Source of the DNA: an uncultured archaeon
Lineage (GTDB): Archaea; Thermoproteota; Bathyarchaeia; Bathyarchaeales; Bathycorpusculaceae
Assembly (NCBI GenBank): GCA_963810275.1
Contig: CAWENF010000019.1
Span: 96,001-160,000, forward strand
Reading direction: 5' to 3'
DNA: 64,000 nt
Shown here: positions 19,715-28,879 of the stretch, piece after piece
Numbering within the stretch: position 1 is the stretch's first letter
Layout of the letters: each line of letters opens with the position of its first letter
Translations under genes and position numbers: made by a program
The notes under the pieces: generated by a model
The model's database searches: none
Seen by the model: the letters and a program-made list of their open reading frames with translations, nothing else
What the model was told of the DNA's origin: nothing

Positions 19715-21243
19715 AAGCCGTAAAGGTCGCCGTACTTAATCGACAGATATCTGATAAACGGCGCCGAGTTTAAGCGGCTTCCCGTGACAAGCCGGATGAG
19801 TTCTTCGGGGTTGTAGCGGTTGCCTTTATTGTGTATGCTTTTTTTCAACCACTCATTTACGGCGTTGAGGTTGCCTACTGATAGCTGGCTTTTCCAGTCA
19901 GGCACATCTCTACTGATCGAGTCGTAGAGTTGTCCGTCGTAGATGTTGCCCAACGCGTAGCTGGGGAAGTACCCAAACAACCCGCTTGCCCAATGCGTAT
20001 CCTGCATCACGCCTTCGCTGTCGTTTTGGACCTCCACGCCGAGGTAGTCTTGGTATTTCTGGTTCCACGCCCCTGGGAGCTCGTCGATTTTGATTTTTCC
20101 TGCGAAAAGGTCGCGTTCAAGCTCGAAGCGGATGATTATGTGGATGCTGTAGGTGACTTCGTCGGCTTCGATTCTGATTTTGGAGCGCTCCACACGGTTA
20201 ATTGCCCGTATGAAGTCGTCAAGCGGCAACCCACCCAGGCTGGGCGCCACGGTTTTAACTTGAGGCAGAAAACCCATCCAGAACTCGCGGCTGCGCCCTA
20301 CGATGTTTTCGTAGAAGCGCGATTGCGACTCGTGGATTCCGTAGCTGCAGGTAGCCCCAACAGGCTGATACATCCACTCTTGGTTTAGATTATGCTCGTA
20401 GATAGCGTGCCCCGACTCGTGCAGCACCGAGAAAAGGGAGCTGGCGAAGTTATTGGGGTAGTAGTGGGTGGTGATGCGGACGTCGTTGTAGCAGCCTGTG
20501 GTGAAGGGGTGCTCGGTTTCGTCTACTCGTCCGCAGGCGGCGGGCGATGCTGTGTCGTAACCCAAGGTTAGGGTGATGAGTTGGCTTATGCGGCGTTGCT
20601 CCTCTACTGGCACTGGAGTTGATAGAAGGGCGGCGTCAGGTTGGGTTTGGCAATCCTCGATTTTGGTTATGAGCGGCTTAAGCCCGCCGAGAAGTTCGGT
20701 GAATGTGGCGGTGATGGCGTCTGCGGACATGTTGGGCTCAAAGTTGTCAATTAAGGATTCGTAGGGGGTTTTGGTGCCTTTTGCTTTCATCAAAATCTCC
20801 GCTGCCTCTAGACTTAAATCGAAAAGCTTCTGCAGGTCTGCTTTGTAGAGGTTAAAGTCGCGTTTGGCTTTGGCTTTTTTCCAGTTGTTAACGGTTACGG
20901 CTTCCTGCATCGCCAAGTCGCCTACCAGCCGCTCAGGCAGCGCGATCTGTTCACGATAGGTTTTTGCTATGAGGTGAATGTTGCGTTTCTCGATTTGCCC
21001 CATTGAGTCGTAGTTGGGGCTGGTTTGGATTGTGTTTAGGAGTGCCCCGATTTCGGGGTCTATGGCGAGTTTATGGTGCAGTCGGCTAAGCAGCGCTAGC
21101 TGTTCGCCGCGTTGCTCTATTGCTTTGGGCGGCATCATCGTTTCCATATCCCAGTGGACCACTGCCTCCGCGTTGCCCAGCACCGTGGGGTCTTTGTTTT
21201 TAGCTAAAAGCTGCTTGTAAGATGATTCTACATCGCCGTTCAT
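19711..21243 (-). CDS. Carboxypeptidase Taq, family M32
   Basis: WDMETMMP, HPF, DVRITT, HESGH, HESQ, IRIEADE, GVMQDTHW, GYFPSYALG. Confidence 0.96.
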   Translation of the reverse strand: MNGDVESSYKQLLAKNKDPTVLGNAEAVVHWDMETMMPPKAIEQRGEQLALLSRLHHKLAIDPEIGALLNTIQTSPNYDSMGQIEKRNIHLIAKTYREQIALPERLVGDLAMQEAVTVNNWKKAKAKRDFNLYKADLQKLFDLSLEAAEILMKAKGTKTPYESLIDNFEPNMSADAITATFTELLGGLKPLITKIEDCQTQPDAALLSTPVPVEEQRRISQLITLTLGYDTASPAACGRVDETEHPFTTGCYNDVRITTHYYPNNFASSLFSVLHESGHAIYEHNLNQEWMYQPVGATCSYGIHESQSRFYENIVGRSREFWMGFLPQVKTVAPSLGGLPLDDFIRAINRVERSKIRIEADEVTYSIHIIIRFELERDLFAGKIKIDELPGAWNQKYQDYLGVEVQNDSEGVMQDTHWASGLFGYFPSYALGNIYDGQLYDSISRDVPDWKSQLSVGNLNAVNEWLKKSIHNKGNRYNPEELIRLVTGSRLNSAPFIRYLSIKYGDLYGF

Positions 21244-21364
21244 ATGTTTCTTCTCATTCCTTTTGGTTCAATGCTGCACCAATTATTAATGTTGAGTAGA
21301 AATCAAGCAAGCGGTGGCTGCAAAAGCTTTTATTCTTATTTATCTGCCTTTTAATTGAGGAATT

Positions 21365-22033
21365 TTGAATTTGAGCTCAAACGTTGACTCAGGCAAGACT
21401 TTAGCGGCAATAGGGTCTTTGATGCTGTTTCTCAGCTTCGTACCTGTACTCGGCATCATAGGCATCATCTTGCTGTTCGTAGGCATGAAAAACCTCTCAG
21501 ACTACTATAAAGACCCAAGCATCTATCAGCAAGCAATTAAGGGCTTAATCTTTGGCATCATCGGCGCGATAGCGGTTTCAGTACTTTCCGTAGTAAGCTT
21601 CGCAGGTATTTTCACAATCGCTACCCCCGCCAGAGCCTTAGCTACAATAGGACCCATCATAATAACCGTCGTAATCCTAATCGTTGCTTTCGCCTTCTAC
21701 CTGTTAATGGCAATTAACTTCCGACGTGCATTCAATATATTGGCGGATAAGTCAGGTGAAAACGGCTTCCGAACCGCAGGCACACTACTTTTCTGGGGTG
21801 CCGTGCTAACCATAATTGCTGTGGGTCTGATTTTGATTTGGATTGCGTGGCTTATCGCTGCCTTAGCTTTCTTCTCCCTAAAACCTGCCCAAACACAACC
21901 GCCACCCTACGCTGTACCCCCCACATCTCCGCCGCCAACACAAGCAACAAGGTACTGCCCTCACTGCGGCGCACCTAACAATGAATCTGGCACCTTCTGC
22001 ACTAACTGCGGACAACAACTTCCCCCATCCTAA
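21365..22033 (+). CDS. DUF996 membrane protein with C-terminal zinc ribbon
   Basis: KTLAAIGSL, GIILLFVGMK.LSDYY, FRTAGTLLFWGAVL; Pro-rich linker; CPHCG...FCTNCG. Confidence 0.82.
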   Translation: MNLSSNVDSGKTLAAIGSLMLFLSFVPVLGIIGIILLFVGMKNLSDYYKDPSIYQQAIKGLIFGIIGAIAVSVLSVVSFAGIFTIATPARALATIGPIIITVVILIVAFAFYLLMAINFRRAFNILADKSGENGFRTAGTLLFWGAVLTIIAVGLILIWIAWLIAALAFFSLKPAQTQPPPYAVPPTSPPPTQATRYCPHCGAPNNESGTFCTNCGQQLPPS

Positions 22034-22199
22034 ACCCCTCTTTTCCTTTTTTGTTACTACCGCAATGCAACAGCCTATTTTTAGGAATTGAAAATACACA
22101 GTAAAGTTGGGTACGTTTAAGATGAATTGTTTCTTTTCTTTCCCAATTCTGGCTTCTCTCCCTAAAGCGCTGCATGTCCATGAAGAGCCTTCAGGCAAG

Positions 22200-22337
22200 A
22201 TGCCGCCAAGCATGTTTGTATGTGACACCTGCGGCAAAACCTTCAAGACCCATAGTGAACTGGATCGGCATAAAGAGCACATGCATGGGCATCCAGAAAA
22301 AACCCATACAAAACCTAACCAATCACATAATGTCTAA
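22200..22337 (+). CDS. C2H2 zinc-finger microprotein
   Basis: MPPSMFVCDTCGKTFKTHSELDRHKEHMH matches F-x-C-x2-C-x3-F-x5-L-x2-H-x4-H. Start is ATG 22200 or 22212. Confidence 0.75.
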   Translation: MPPSMFVCDTCGKTFKTHSELDRHKEHMHGHPEKTHTKPNQSHNV

Positions 22338-22350
22338 AATTGAGTTGTAG

Positions 22351-22425
22351 TGCTCCGGCCGGGATTCGGACCCGGGTCGCCGACTCGAAAGGCCGGCATA
22401 CTTGACCGGACTATACTACCGGAGC
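22351..22425 (-). tRNA. tRNA-Glu (anticodon UUC), intronless, CCA not encoded
   Basis: Reverse complement GCTCCGGTAGTATAGTCCGGTCAAGTATGCCGGCCTTTCGAGTCGGCGACCCGGGTCCGAATCCCGGCCGGAGCA folds as a cloverleaf with TTC in the anticodon loop. Confidence 0.96.
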
Positions 22426-22465
22426 TTGCAATAGCCGGAAAGCACAAGCAACATACAATTTCCTA

Positions 22466-23023
22466 TCAATAAACCTTACCCTTCCTTGGGGACGTTTTTT
22501 TGCTCTTCGGCTTATTTGCTTTGGCCCTTTTTGGGGTAAATAAATGCGCGGTTATTCGGTCCACTAGCGATTTCTGCTCTGTCAAGGTTTCCTCCAAGTT
22601 TTGGATCCGTTTCTCAAGATCACCCGAGAGAATTCTGCCTTCAATGCGGTTGGCACTTCGGAACATAAGCATCATCTTGAAAACTTCGCTGACCGCCTCA
22701 TCCTGCTCCTTCGCCGACGCTGCTTTTATGCCTGCCACAACCATAAGCAAATTCACGTAGTGCTCCTTGATTTTCAACTCGGCGCTAACAGAGGGATCTT
22801 TTGGGAAAGAAATCATCAATGGCATCTGCTTGGAAAGCTCAGTGGCGGTGGGGAACCGAATGATTATGTCGCCCCGGATCCATGACGACACGAATTCGGA
22901 GACGAAGCGGCGGATTTCCTCTTTGCCGTACAGCGGCGCTGCCAATTCGGATTCGTCGGGTTTGCGTTTGATTCTTACACTGATTATATTTTTGTCTTCG
23001 GCATTGTCGTTTGGGCTTGACAT
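22466..23023 (-). CDS. Hypothetical protein with coiled-coil and basic tail
   Basis: 185-aa ORF co-oriented downstream of the HD gene; no family recognised. Confidence 0.65.
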   Translation of the reverse strand: MSSPNDNAEDKNIISVRIKRKPDESELAAPLYGKEEIRRFVSEFVSSWIRGDIIIRFPTATELSKQMPLMISFPKDPSVSAELKIKEHYVNLLMVVAGIKAASAKEQDEAVSEVFKMMLMFRSANRIEGRILSGDLEKRIQNLEETLTEQKSLVDRITAHLFTPKRAKANKPKSKKTSPRKGKVY

Positions 23024-23100
23024 TTCTTTGATTCCAGCTTTTGACTGCTCTCTAATCCCCTCTAAGCAATCACTAGTATTTAAAACGAGACATCGTTAAA

Positions 23101-24381
23101 CTAAAAAGAGATTTTCGCAGCGGACGGAATTTTGCCCAGCACTTTTAGGGTGGCTTTCTCCACTTTGGTGCGCTCCTCCGATTCCGTGTAAACGCGAAGT
23201 ATGTTCATGAAGCCTTTGAGGGTTTCAAAAATCTTTGAACTCTCGCTGAGCCGCTGCAACTTCTTTTCACCTGCGGGGTTTTTAGTAAAAACGGGGATTT
23301 CAGTTGACTCGAACAAGACAGCGTGATGGTAAGGCACCGAGGGCACCGTAGGCACGTCAATGACGACTTTCTCCATATCGACACCTGCCTCCTTAGCAAT
23401 TTCGCTTCTGATCTGGTTACGGTATGATTCCTGCCCAAACAAGTTGCTTATCATCGCATCTTTCTCATAGAATGTGCGTTCGTAGGCGCATTTGAGCATG
23501 CGGCGGTTCTCGAGGTTACTGATGATTATGTTTGAGGCTTTGCATTTTTTTAGTGCCGCCCAGACAGTATAGTCGTCAAGCGCCATGTACTCTTCAGGGG
23601 TTTTAAAAGAGGTTAAGCCTAACTCCTCGTTGGCTTTGTCCATAGCTGAGGATAGCATGATTTGGGCTGCGCGACCGACACGATGGAAGTATATGCTTTT
23701 GAAGGATTCAATGCGGGCTATAACAAATGCCTCCAACGCGGATAGCGCGCCGAGTTCGACAGCTAAGTTTTCCCCGAGAAGGTCAAGCGCGTGGATGAGA
23801 CGGTAAACGTCTATGAAGCCGTACTCTGCACCTGTATGATACGTGTCACGCACAATGAAGTCCTGTTTGTCCACGTCGACGGCGCTACTGATGATTTGGT
23901 CAAGGAATGCTCTGTTTTGTTTGTGGAGTCTGCCGACAGCTAAGGCGCCTACCTCTTTTGGGTTGTATCCCATTTTGTTTAGTTTTTCAGCGACTTCGCT
24001 TTTCTCAATAATCCAAGACGTGATGTCCTCATGCGTTTTGTTTAAGTCTTTGAGTAATAGGTGCTCAAATACGTGACTAAATGGGCCGTGTCCGCAGTCA
24101 TGCAAAAGTGCGGAAAGGCGGCACATGTCCACTTCCTCGTAGTTTGCTACCTCAGATATGTTGGGATTAACCAGAACTTGTCCAGCCAAAAACATCACAC
24201 CTAGACAGTGCTCAAAGCGGGTGTGGTTAGCGCCCGGATAAACGTACTCGCTGCCTGCAAGCTGCCGAAGTCTGCGTAGGCGCTGCATGGGGTAGCTGTC
24301 GATTATTGCTTTCTCTTGCTGAGTGATGTATACGTAACCGTGGACGGGGTCTTTGATTTCTCCCCAGTAAGTTTTTGGCAT
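23101..24381 (-). CDS. HD-domain phosphohydrolase (dNTP triphosphohydrolase / SAMHD1-like)
   Basis: IKDPVHG, QRLRRLRQL, HTRFEHCLG, LLHDCGHGPFSH, DVDKQDFIVRD, IYFH. Confidence 0.92.
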   Translation of the reverse strand: MPKTYWGEIKDPVHGYVYITQQEKAIIDSYPMQRLRRLRQLAGSEYVYPGANHTRFEHCLGVMFLAGQVLVNPNISEVANYEEVDMCRLSALLHDCGHGPFSHVFEHLLLKDLNKTHEDITSWIIEKSEVAEKLNKMGYNPKEVGALAVGRLHKQNRAFLDQIISSAVDVDKQDFIVRDTYHTGAEYGFIDVYRLIHALDLLGENLAVELGALSALEAFVIARIESFKSIYFHRVGRAAQIMLSSAMDKANEELGLTSFKTPEEYMALDDYTVWAALKKCKASNIIISNLENRRMLKCAYERTFYEKDAMISNLFGQESYRNQIRSEIAKEAGVDMEKVVIDVPTVPSVPYHHAVLFESTEIPVFTKNPAGEKKLQRLSESSKIFETLKGFMNILRVYTESEERTKVEKATLKVLGKIPSAAKISF

Positions 24382-24465
24382 AAACAGGGTCGCCTTGGTT
24401 TGTAGGTTATTATTTATGTAACTCCCTATAATGTGTAACGCTGACTAAAACAGGCGGAAGATTAT

Positions 24466-25077
24466 TTGACTAAAAAAGGCGTATTCATAGTTATTGAGGG
24501 ATTGGACGGCAGTGGCAAGACCACCCAAGCCAGACTGCTGGCGGAGAAACTCTCTAAAACCTACCGAGTGCATCTTACATCGGAACCCAGTGGAGGCAAA
24601 ATCGGTACTTTCATTCGCGATGGACTCCTCTACGAGCAGGTGCGGCTTCCAGTCGAAGCCGAAGCGCTTCTATTTGCAGCCGATCGCATCGAGCACATGT
24701 ACAGCGAAATCAAACCCGCACTTGACGAGGGCAAACTGGTCATCTGTGACCGCTATGTGTACTCCACCCTCGCTTACCAAGGCAGCGCCGGCTTGAGTCT
24801 GGATTGGATTAAAACCACCAATGCACGAGCTCTGCAACCTGATTTCGCAATATTCATAGACGTGCCCCCCAAGAAGGTGCTGGAGCGGCTTCAACGCAAA
24901 AAATCCGTTATGGAAACACTTGAAACTCAACAGAAAGTGCGGGACGTCTACCTTAAGTTTGTGAAAAAGACCGAGCTTATTTCCGTAGACGGCGACAAAG
25001 AGACGTTTGTGGTTGCTGATGAGTTGTATGAGATGGTGGCTGCATTGCTTAAGCCTGTTGAGGCATACTTGCAGTAG
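24466..25077 (+). CDS. tmk: Thymidylate kinase
   Basis: FIVIEGLDGSGKTT, LLFAADR, CDRYVYSTLAYQG. Confidence 0.96.
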   Translation: MTKKGVFIVIEGLDGSGKTTQARLLAEKLSKTYRVHLTSEPSGGKIGTFIRDGLLYEQVRLPVEAEALLFAADRIEHMYSEIKPALDEGKLVICDRYVYSTLAYQGSAGLSLDWIKTTNARALQPDFAIFIDVPPKKVLERLQRKKSVMETLETQQKVRDVYLKFVKKTELISVDGDKETFVVADELYEMVAALLKPVEAYLQ

Positions 25078-25298
25078 CGCAAAGTAGCCATCTGCAATTG
25101 TTGGGCAAAAAATGTTTAACCAAACTTATGCAGTGAGGTTTATAGTTTTTCAGTTAAAAAATAGCGTTGCTCTCTGTTTCTAATCTTACATGTGTCGGAG
25201 TTTATATAAGTAGTCTCAGGGAGAGTCACGGAAGCCGATAACAATCTGGTCCCAAAGAACCCGCCAAGTTTATGTTCTAGCTTGATGCCTTTCTGTGC

Positions 25299-25374
25299 TG
25301 AAGCCAATGATGCATGAAGAGCCGTCTGAATTGTGAAGAATGCTAAATGGGGAATTATATTTACTGAGGCTTCA
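25299..25374 (+). ncRNA. Box C/D 2'-O-methylation guide sRNA
   Basis: 7-bp terminal stem TGAAGCC/GGCTTCA; box C ATGATG(C) 25307-25313; 12-nt spacer; D' CTGA 25326-25329; C' GTGAAGA 25333-25339; D CTGA 25364-25367; K-turn geometry. Confidence 0.8.
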
Positions 25375-25465
25375 AAGAAAAACTTAAAGAACTCCCAACC
25401 TATGCGGACTTTAGTTGTGTAATCTTTATTTGACTGAACAATAAACTGTATGACTGGAGACACAG

Positions 25466-26815
25466 ATGTCACTAGACAAGTTAAGCAATTCACTAACCGA
25501 CGCCATAAAGAAGCTGTTCAAGGCAGGTGTAGTGGACGAAAGGGCAGTGAAGGAATTGGTCCGCGACATCCAGCGGGCGCTGCTTCAATCCGACGTGAAC
25601 GTGCAACTTGTCTTGCAAATTAGCAAAAGCATCGAGGAACGAGCCCTAAAAGAAAAAGTACCACCCGGGGTTTCTAGACGCGAACATGTTATAAAAGTCG
25701 TTTACGAGGAACTCACGCGCTTCATCGGCGACAAACCAGTTACGCTAAAAGTTGAACCGGGTAAAAAGAAAACCATTATGCTTGTAGGTATTCAGGGCTC
25801 GGGTAAAACCACACACGCTGCTAAACTTTCAAAGTACTTCCAAAAACGCGGCATAAAAGTCGGCTTAATAGCCGCCGACACCTTCCGTCCAGGGGCATAT
25901 GCACAACTCCAGCAGTTGGCAACACGCATTAACGTTCCAGTTTTTGGTGATTCTAAAGCCAAAGACCCCGTTAAGGTGGCTAAGGAAGGCTTCAAACACT
26001 TTCAGGATCGCGATCTTATACTCGTCGATACAGCAGGTCGACATAAGGAAGAAAAAGACCTCATCAAAGAGATGAAGGCCATCGAGAAGGGTATTCACCC
26101 TGACGAAATTATCCTGGTCATAGACGGCACCATTGGGCAGCAGGCGTCGGCTCAGGCTAAAACTTTCCATGAAGCAACACCCATCGGGGCTATCATAGTC
26201 ACAAAACTCGACGGTTCAAGCCGTGGAGGCGGAGCACTATCCGCAGTCGCAGCAACAGGTGCACCCATCAAGTTCATAGGAACTGGCGAAAAAATCGAGG
26301 ATCTGGAAGCCTTCATACCCAGCCGATTCGTCGGTAGACTCCTTGGTATGGGCGACTTGGAAACTCTGTTGGAGAAAGTTCACGACGCAGAAATCAAGGT
26401 ACCACAGAAAAAGGCAAAAGAGATTCTTAGCGGTCACTTTACTTTAACCGACATGTATGAGCAGTTCGCTGCAGTCAAAAACATGGGTCCATTCAGCAAG
26501 GTCATGAAGATGCTGCCTGGTATGTCTGGGTCAAACATCCCCGATGACATGTTAAGTACCGCCGAAGGGCGACTTGACACATGGCAAGTCATCATCCAGT
26601 CAATGACGCCTGCTGAGAAAGAGAACCCCAAACTCCTCAACTCTTCTCGAGCACGGCGCATTGCTCGGGGCAGCGGTACCAGCGAAAAAGAAGTAAAAGA
26701 GCTTGTTAAGCAGTACTTCAACATGAAGAAGATGCTCAAGATGTTTAAGCGTAAAAAGAAGCTGCCTTTCGGGTTAGGTGGCAAAGGCGGCATGCCTATG
26801 GGTATGGGAATGTAG
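25466..26815 (+). CDS. srp54: Signal recognition particle protein SRP54
   Basis: ALLQSDVN, GIQGSGKTT, DTFRPGA, DTAGR, TKLDG, RLLGMGD, M-domain SRARRIARGSG. Confidence 0.98.
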   Translation: MSLDKLSNSLTDAIKKLFKAGVVDERAVKELVRDIQRALLQSDVNVQLVLQISKSIEERALKEKVPPGVSRREHVIKVVYEELTRFIGDKPVTLKVEPGKKKTIMLVGIQGSGKTTHAAKLSKYFQKRGIKVGLIAADTFRPGAYAQLQQLATRINVPVFGDSKAKDPVKVAKEGFKHFQDRDLILVDTAGRHKEEKDLIKEMKAIEKGIHPDEIILVIDGTIGQQASAQAKTFHEATPIGAIIVTKLDGSSRGGGALSAVAATGAPIKFIGTGEKIEDLEAFIPSRFVGRLLGMGDLETLLEKVHDAEIKVPQKKAKEILSGHFTLTDMYEQFAAVKNMGPFSKVMKMLPGMSGSNIPDDMLSTAEGRLDTWQVIIQSMTPAEKENPKLLNSSRARRIARGSGTSEKEVKELVKQYFNMKKMLKMFKRKKKLPFGLGGKGGMPMGMGM

Positions 26816-26828
26816 TGGGGTTAGTGCG

Positions 26829-28157
26829 ATGGATGTTTTAGAAAAAGCTTACGAGTTACTTAGTAGATACCCGCTTTGTGACCATTGTTTGGGTAGGCAG
26901 TTTGCGCTGTTGGGTTATGGAATGGAAAACAACTTTCGCGGCAACTCGTTGAAGGTTAGTTTAACGTTGCAAGCTAACAGTTTAACGTCTGAGGATGAGG
27001 CTACAAGTACCAACCGACTCACGGTGTTGGCGACAAACGGTTTTTGCTTGACGGCGCAGAAGACGCTTGAGCACCTTAAAAAAAATGTTGCAAACCCCAG
27101 CTCAGACTTGAAGTGCTATTTGTGTGAAGAGAAATTCAAGCTTGTGGAAGACTTAACCAAAAAAACAATTGACGCTTTGAGCGAATACGAATTTAAAACT
27201 TTCCTAGTCGGTATCGAACTCCCTATATCAGTTGAGGAGCGGGAGGACGAATTCAAAGCTACCCAAGGTATCGTGTACGGTGAGAGTATGCGTCACGAAT
27301 TCGGTAGACTCTTTGGAAAAGCCCTCGCCAAAACCACAGGCAAAGAAGCAGAATACCTTATTCCAGAAGTAGTCCCAGTCATAGATCCCTTTTCCGAATC
27401 CGTGAGGCTCCAAATCAACCCTACCTTCGTAGGCGGTAGATACCGCAAACTGGTCCGAGATGTCCCTCAGTCAGAGTGGTGGTGCCGCAGTTGCCACGGC
27501 AAAGGATGCCAAAAATGTGGTGGCACAGGCAAAATGTACCCTGAGTCGGTTGAGGCTTACACTTCTCGGGCGCTTTTGGAAGCAACCGGCGGGGCGGGAT
27601 CGTTTTTCCATGCTGCTGGTAGAGAAGACATTGATGCTCGAATGCTCGGGGCTGGTAGACCTTACATTATAGAGATTTCGCAGCCGAAGCGGCGTTCAGT
27701 GAACCTTAAAGAAATTGAAGCGGCGGTTAACGCTGGTGCTATAGGCAAAGTAGAAGCTTCAGGATTGCATTTCGCTACCAAGGATGATGTGCGGCACCTT
27801 AAGCATGGCGAGAACGCCCAGAAAGAGTATCGTTTACTGGCAGAGTTTCAAAATGACTTGACTGGGGAGGGACTGCGATTGTTGGAAGAAAAGTTGACTG
27901 GCGCACTAATTAAGCAGCAGACGCCTCTTCGTGTTGTGCATCGCCGGGCCAACATTGTTCGGGAAAGGTACATATATAAGCTTGAAGTTAAGAAGGTGAC
28001 GCTTAAGAAAGCCATCCTCTATATCAAATGTCAGGGTGGGCTTTACGTTAAAGAATTGGTGTCTGGAGATGAAGGACGTACAGTACCCAACGTGTCGGCT
28101 TTGCTTGGTAACCCAGCGAAGACGCTTAAGCTTGACGTTCTCAACATAATAATGTAA
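26829..28157 (+). CDS. pus10: tRNA pseudouridine(54/55) synthase Pus10
   Basis: LCDHCLGRQFA, GGRYRKLVR, AAGREDIDARMLG, QQTPLRV, GGLYVKELVSGD. Confidence 0.95.
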   Translation: MDVLEKAYELLSRYPLCDHCLGRQFALLGYGMENNFRGNSLKVSLTLQANSLTSEDEATSTNRLTVLATNGFCLTAQKTLEHLKKNVANPSSDLKCYLCEEKFKLVEDLTKKTIDALSEYEFKTFLVGIELPISVEEREDEFKATQGIVYGESMRHEFGRLFGKALAKTTGKEAEYLIPEVVPVIDPFSESVRLQINPTFVGGRYRKLVRDVPQSEWWCRSCHGKGCQKCGGTGKMYPESVEAYTSRALLEATGGAGSFFHAAGREDIDARMLGAGRPYIIEISQPKRRSVNLKEIEAAVNAGAIGKVEASGLHFATKDDVRHLKHGENAQKEYRLLAEFQNDLTGEGLRLLEEKLTGALIKQQTPLRVVHRRANIVRERYIYKLEVKKVTLKKAILYIKCQGGLYVKELVSGDEGRTVPNVSALLGNPAKTLKLDVLNIIM

Positions 28158-28173
28158 TACAGGTGAAATATGG

Positions 28174-28470
28174 ATGAGAGGTTCAAACGGCTATTACTCT
28201 GGTACACGCAGTCTTCTGCGCAAGCCAACTCGTGAAAAGGGAAAACCCAAAATCAGCAAGTTACTTCACGAATACGCACCCAACGACCAGGTAATCATAA
28301 AGATGGATTCTAGCACACAGAAGAGTATGCCTCACAAACGGTTCCACGGCAAAATAGGCTGCATAATCGAGAAACGCGGCAGAGGCTACGTTGTCAGTGT
28401 GCCACAAGGCGATATGAGAAAAACCATAATTGTCCGCTCTGAACATCTAGAGCCTTACACTGGAACTTAG
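28174..28470 (+). CDS. rpl21e: 50S ribosomal protein eL21
   Basis: MPHKRFHGKIG, IIVRSEHL. Confidence 0.96.
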   Translation: MRGSNGYYSGTRSLLRKPTREKGKPKISKLLHEYAPNDQVIIKMDSSTQKSMPHKRFHGKIGCIIEKRGRGYVVSVPQGDMRKTIIVRSEHLEPYTGT

Positions 28471-28481
28471 GTGGAGACAAG

Positions 28482-28820
28482 ATGAGCAAGAGAGAAGTAA
28501 GCGAAAGCCGCCTAACATTGCCGCAAGTCAAAAAGGTACTGGAAAGCATAGGGGAAGAAAACCTTGACCAGTTCCAGCGCCGCACTCTTGATTATGTCAG
28601 CAAATTCAGTAAGGTAGAGCCGGAAGTAGCTGAAGAGCTCTTGCAGAAACTTGTCAAAGACTTTGAGCTTGACGAGGCAGAGGCAGTTCAAATCATAAAC
28701 TGCATGCCTGAAACAGTGGATGAGCTGCGGGTTTTTCTTGCGGGGGGACGCAAAATCATCGAAACCCAGAAACTCAGCCAAATTGTGGAGCTCTTAAACG
28801 AAAATAGGCTGCTTAAGTAA
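28482..28820 (+). CDS. rpoF: RNA polymerase subunit Rpo4 (F)
   Basis: LDYVSKFSK, AVQIINCMPETVDELR; conserved position after rpl21e. Confidence 0.93.
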   Translation: MSKREVSESRLTLPQVKKVLESIGEENLDQFQRRTLDYVSKFSKVEPEVAEELLQKLVKDFELDEAEAVQIINCMPETVDELRVFLAGGRKIIETQKLSQIVELLNENRLLK

Positions 28821-28879
28821 CCCTTAAGTGGCTAAGTATTTTTAAGCAGAACAAGAGAATACTCTAGAAGGCACAAGAG

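Noticed and set aside
15489-22425. Integrated element at tRNA-Glu
   Set aside because: No integrase, no duplicated tRNA 3' end seen, and no obvious compositional shift; the genes look like ordinary accessory genes.
25078-25465. SRP (7S) RNA or the 117-aa minus-strand ORF upstream of srp54
   Set aside because: The region is too AT-rich and lacks SRP helix 6/8 motifs; the ORF overlaps srp54 and the C/D sRNA and has no motifs.
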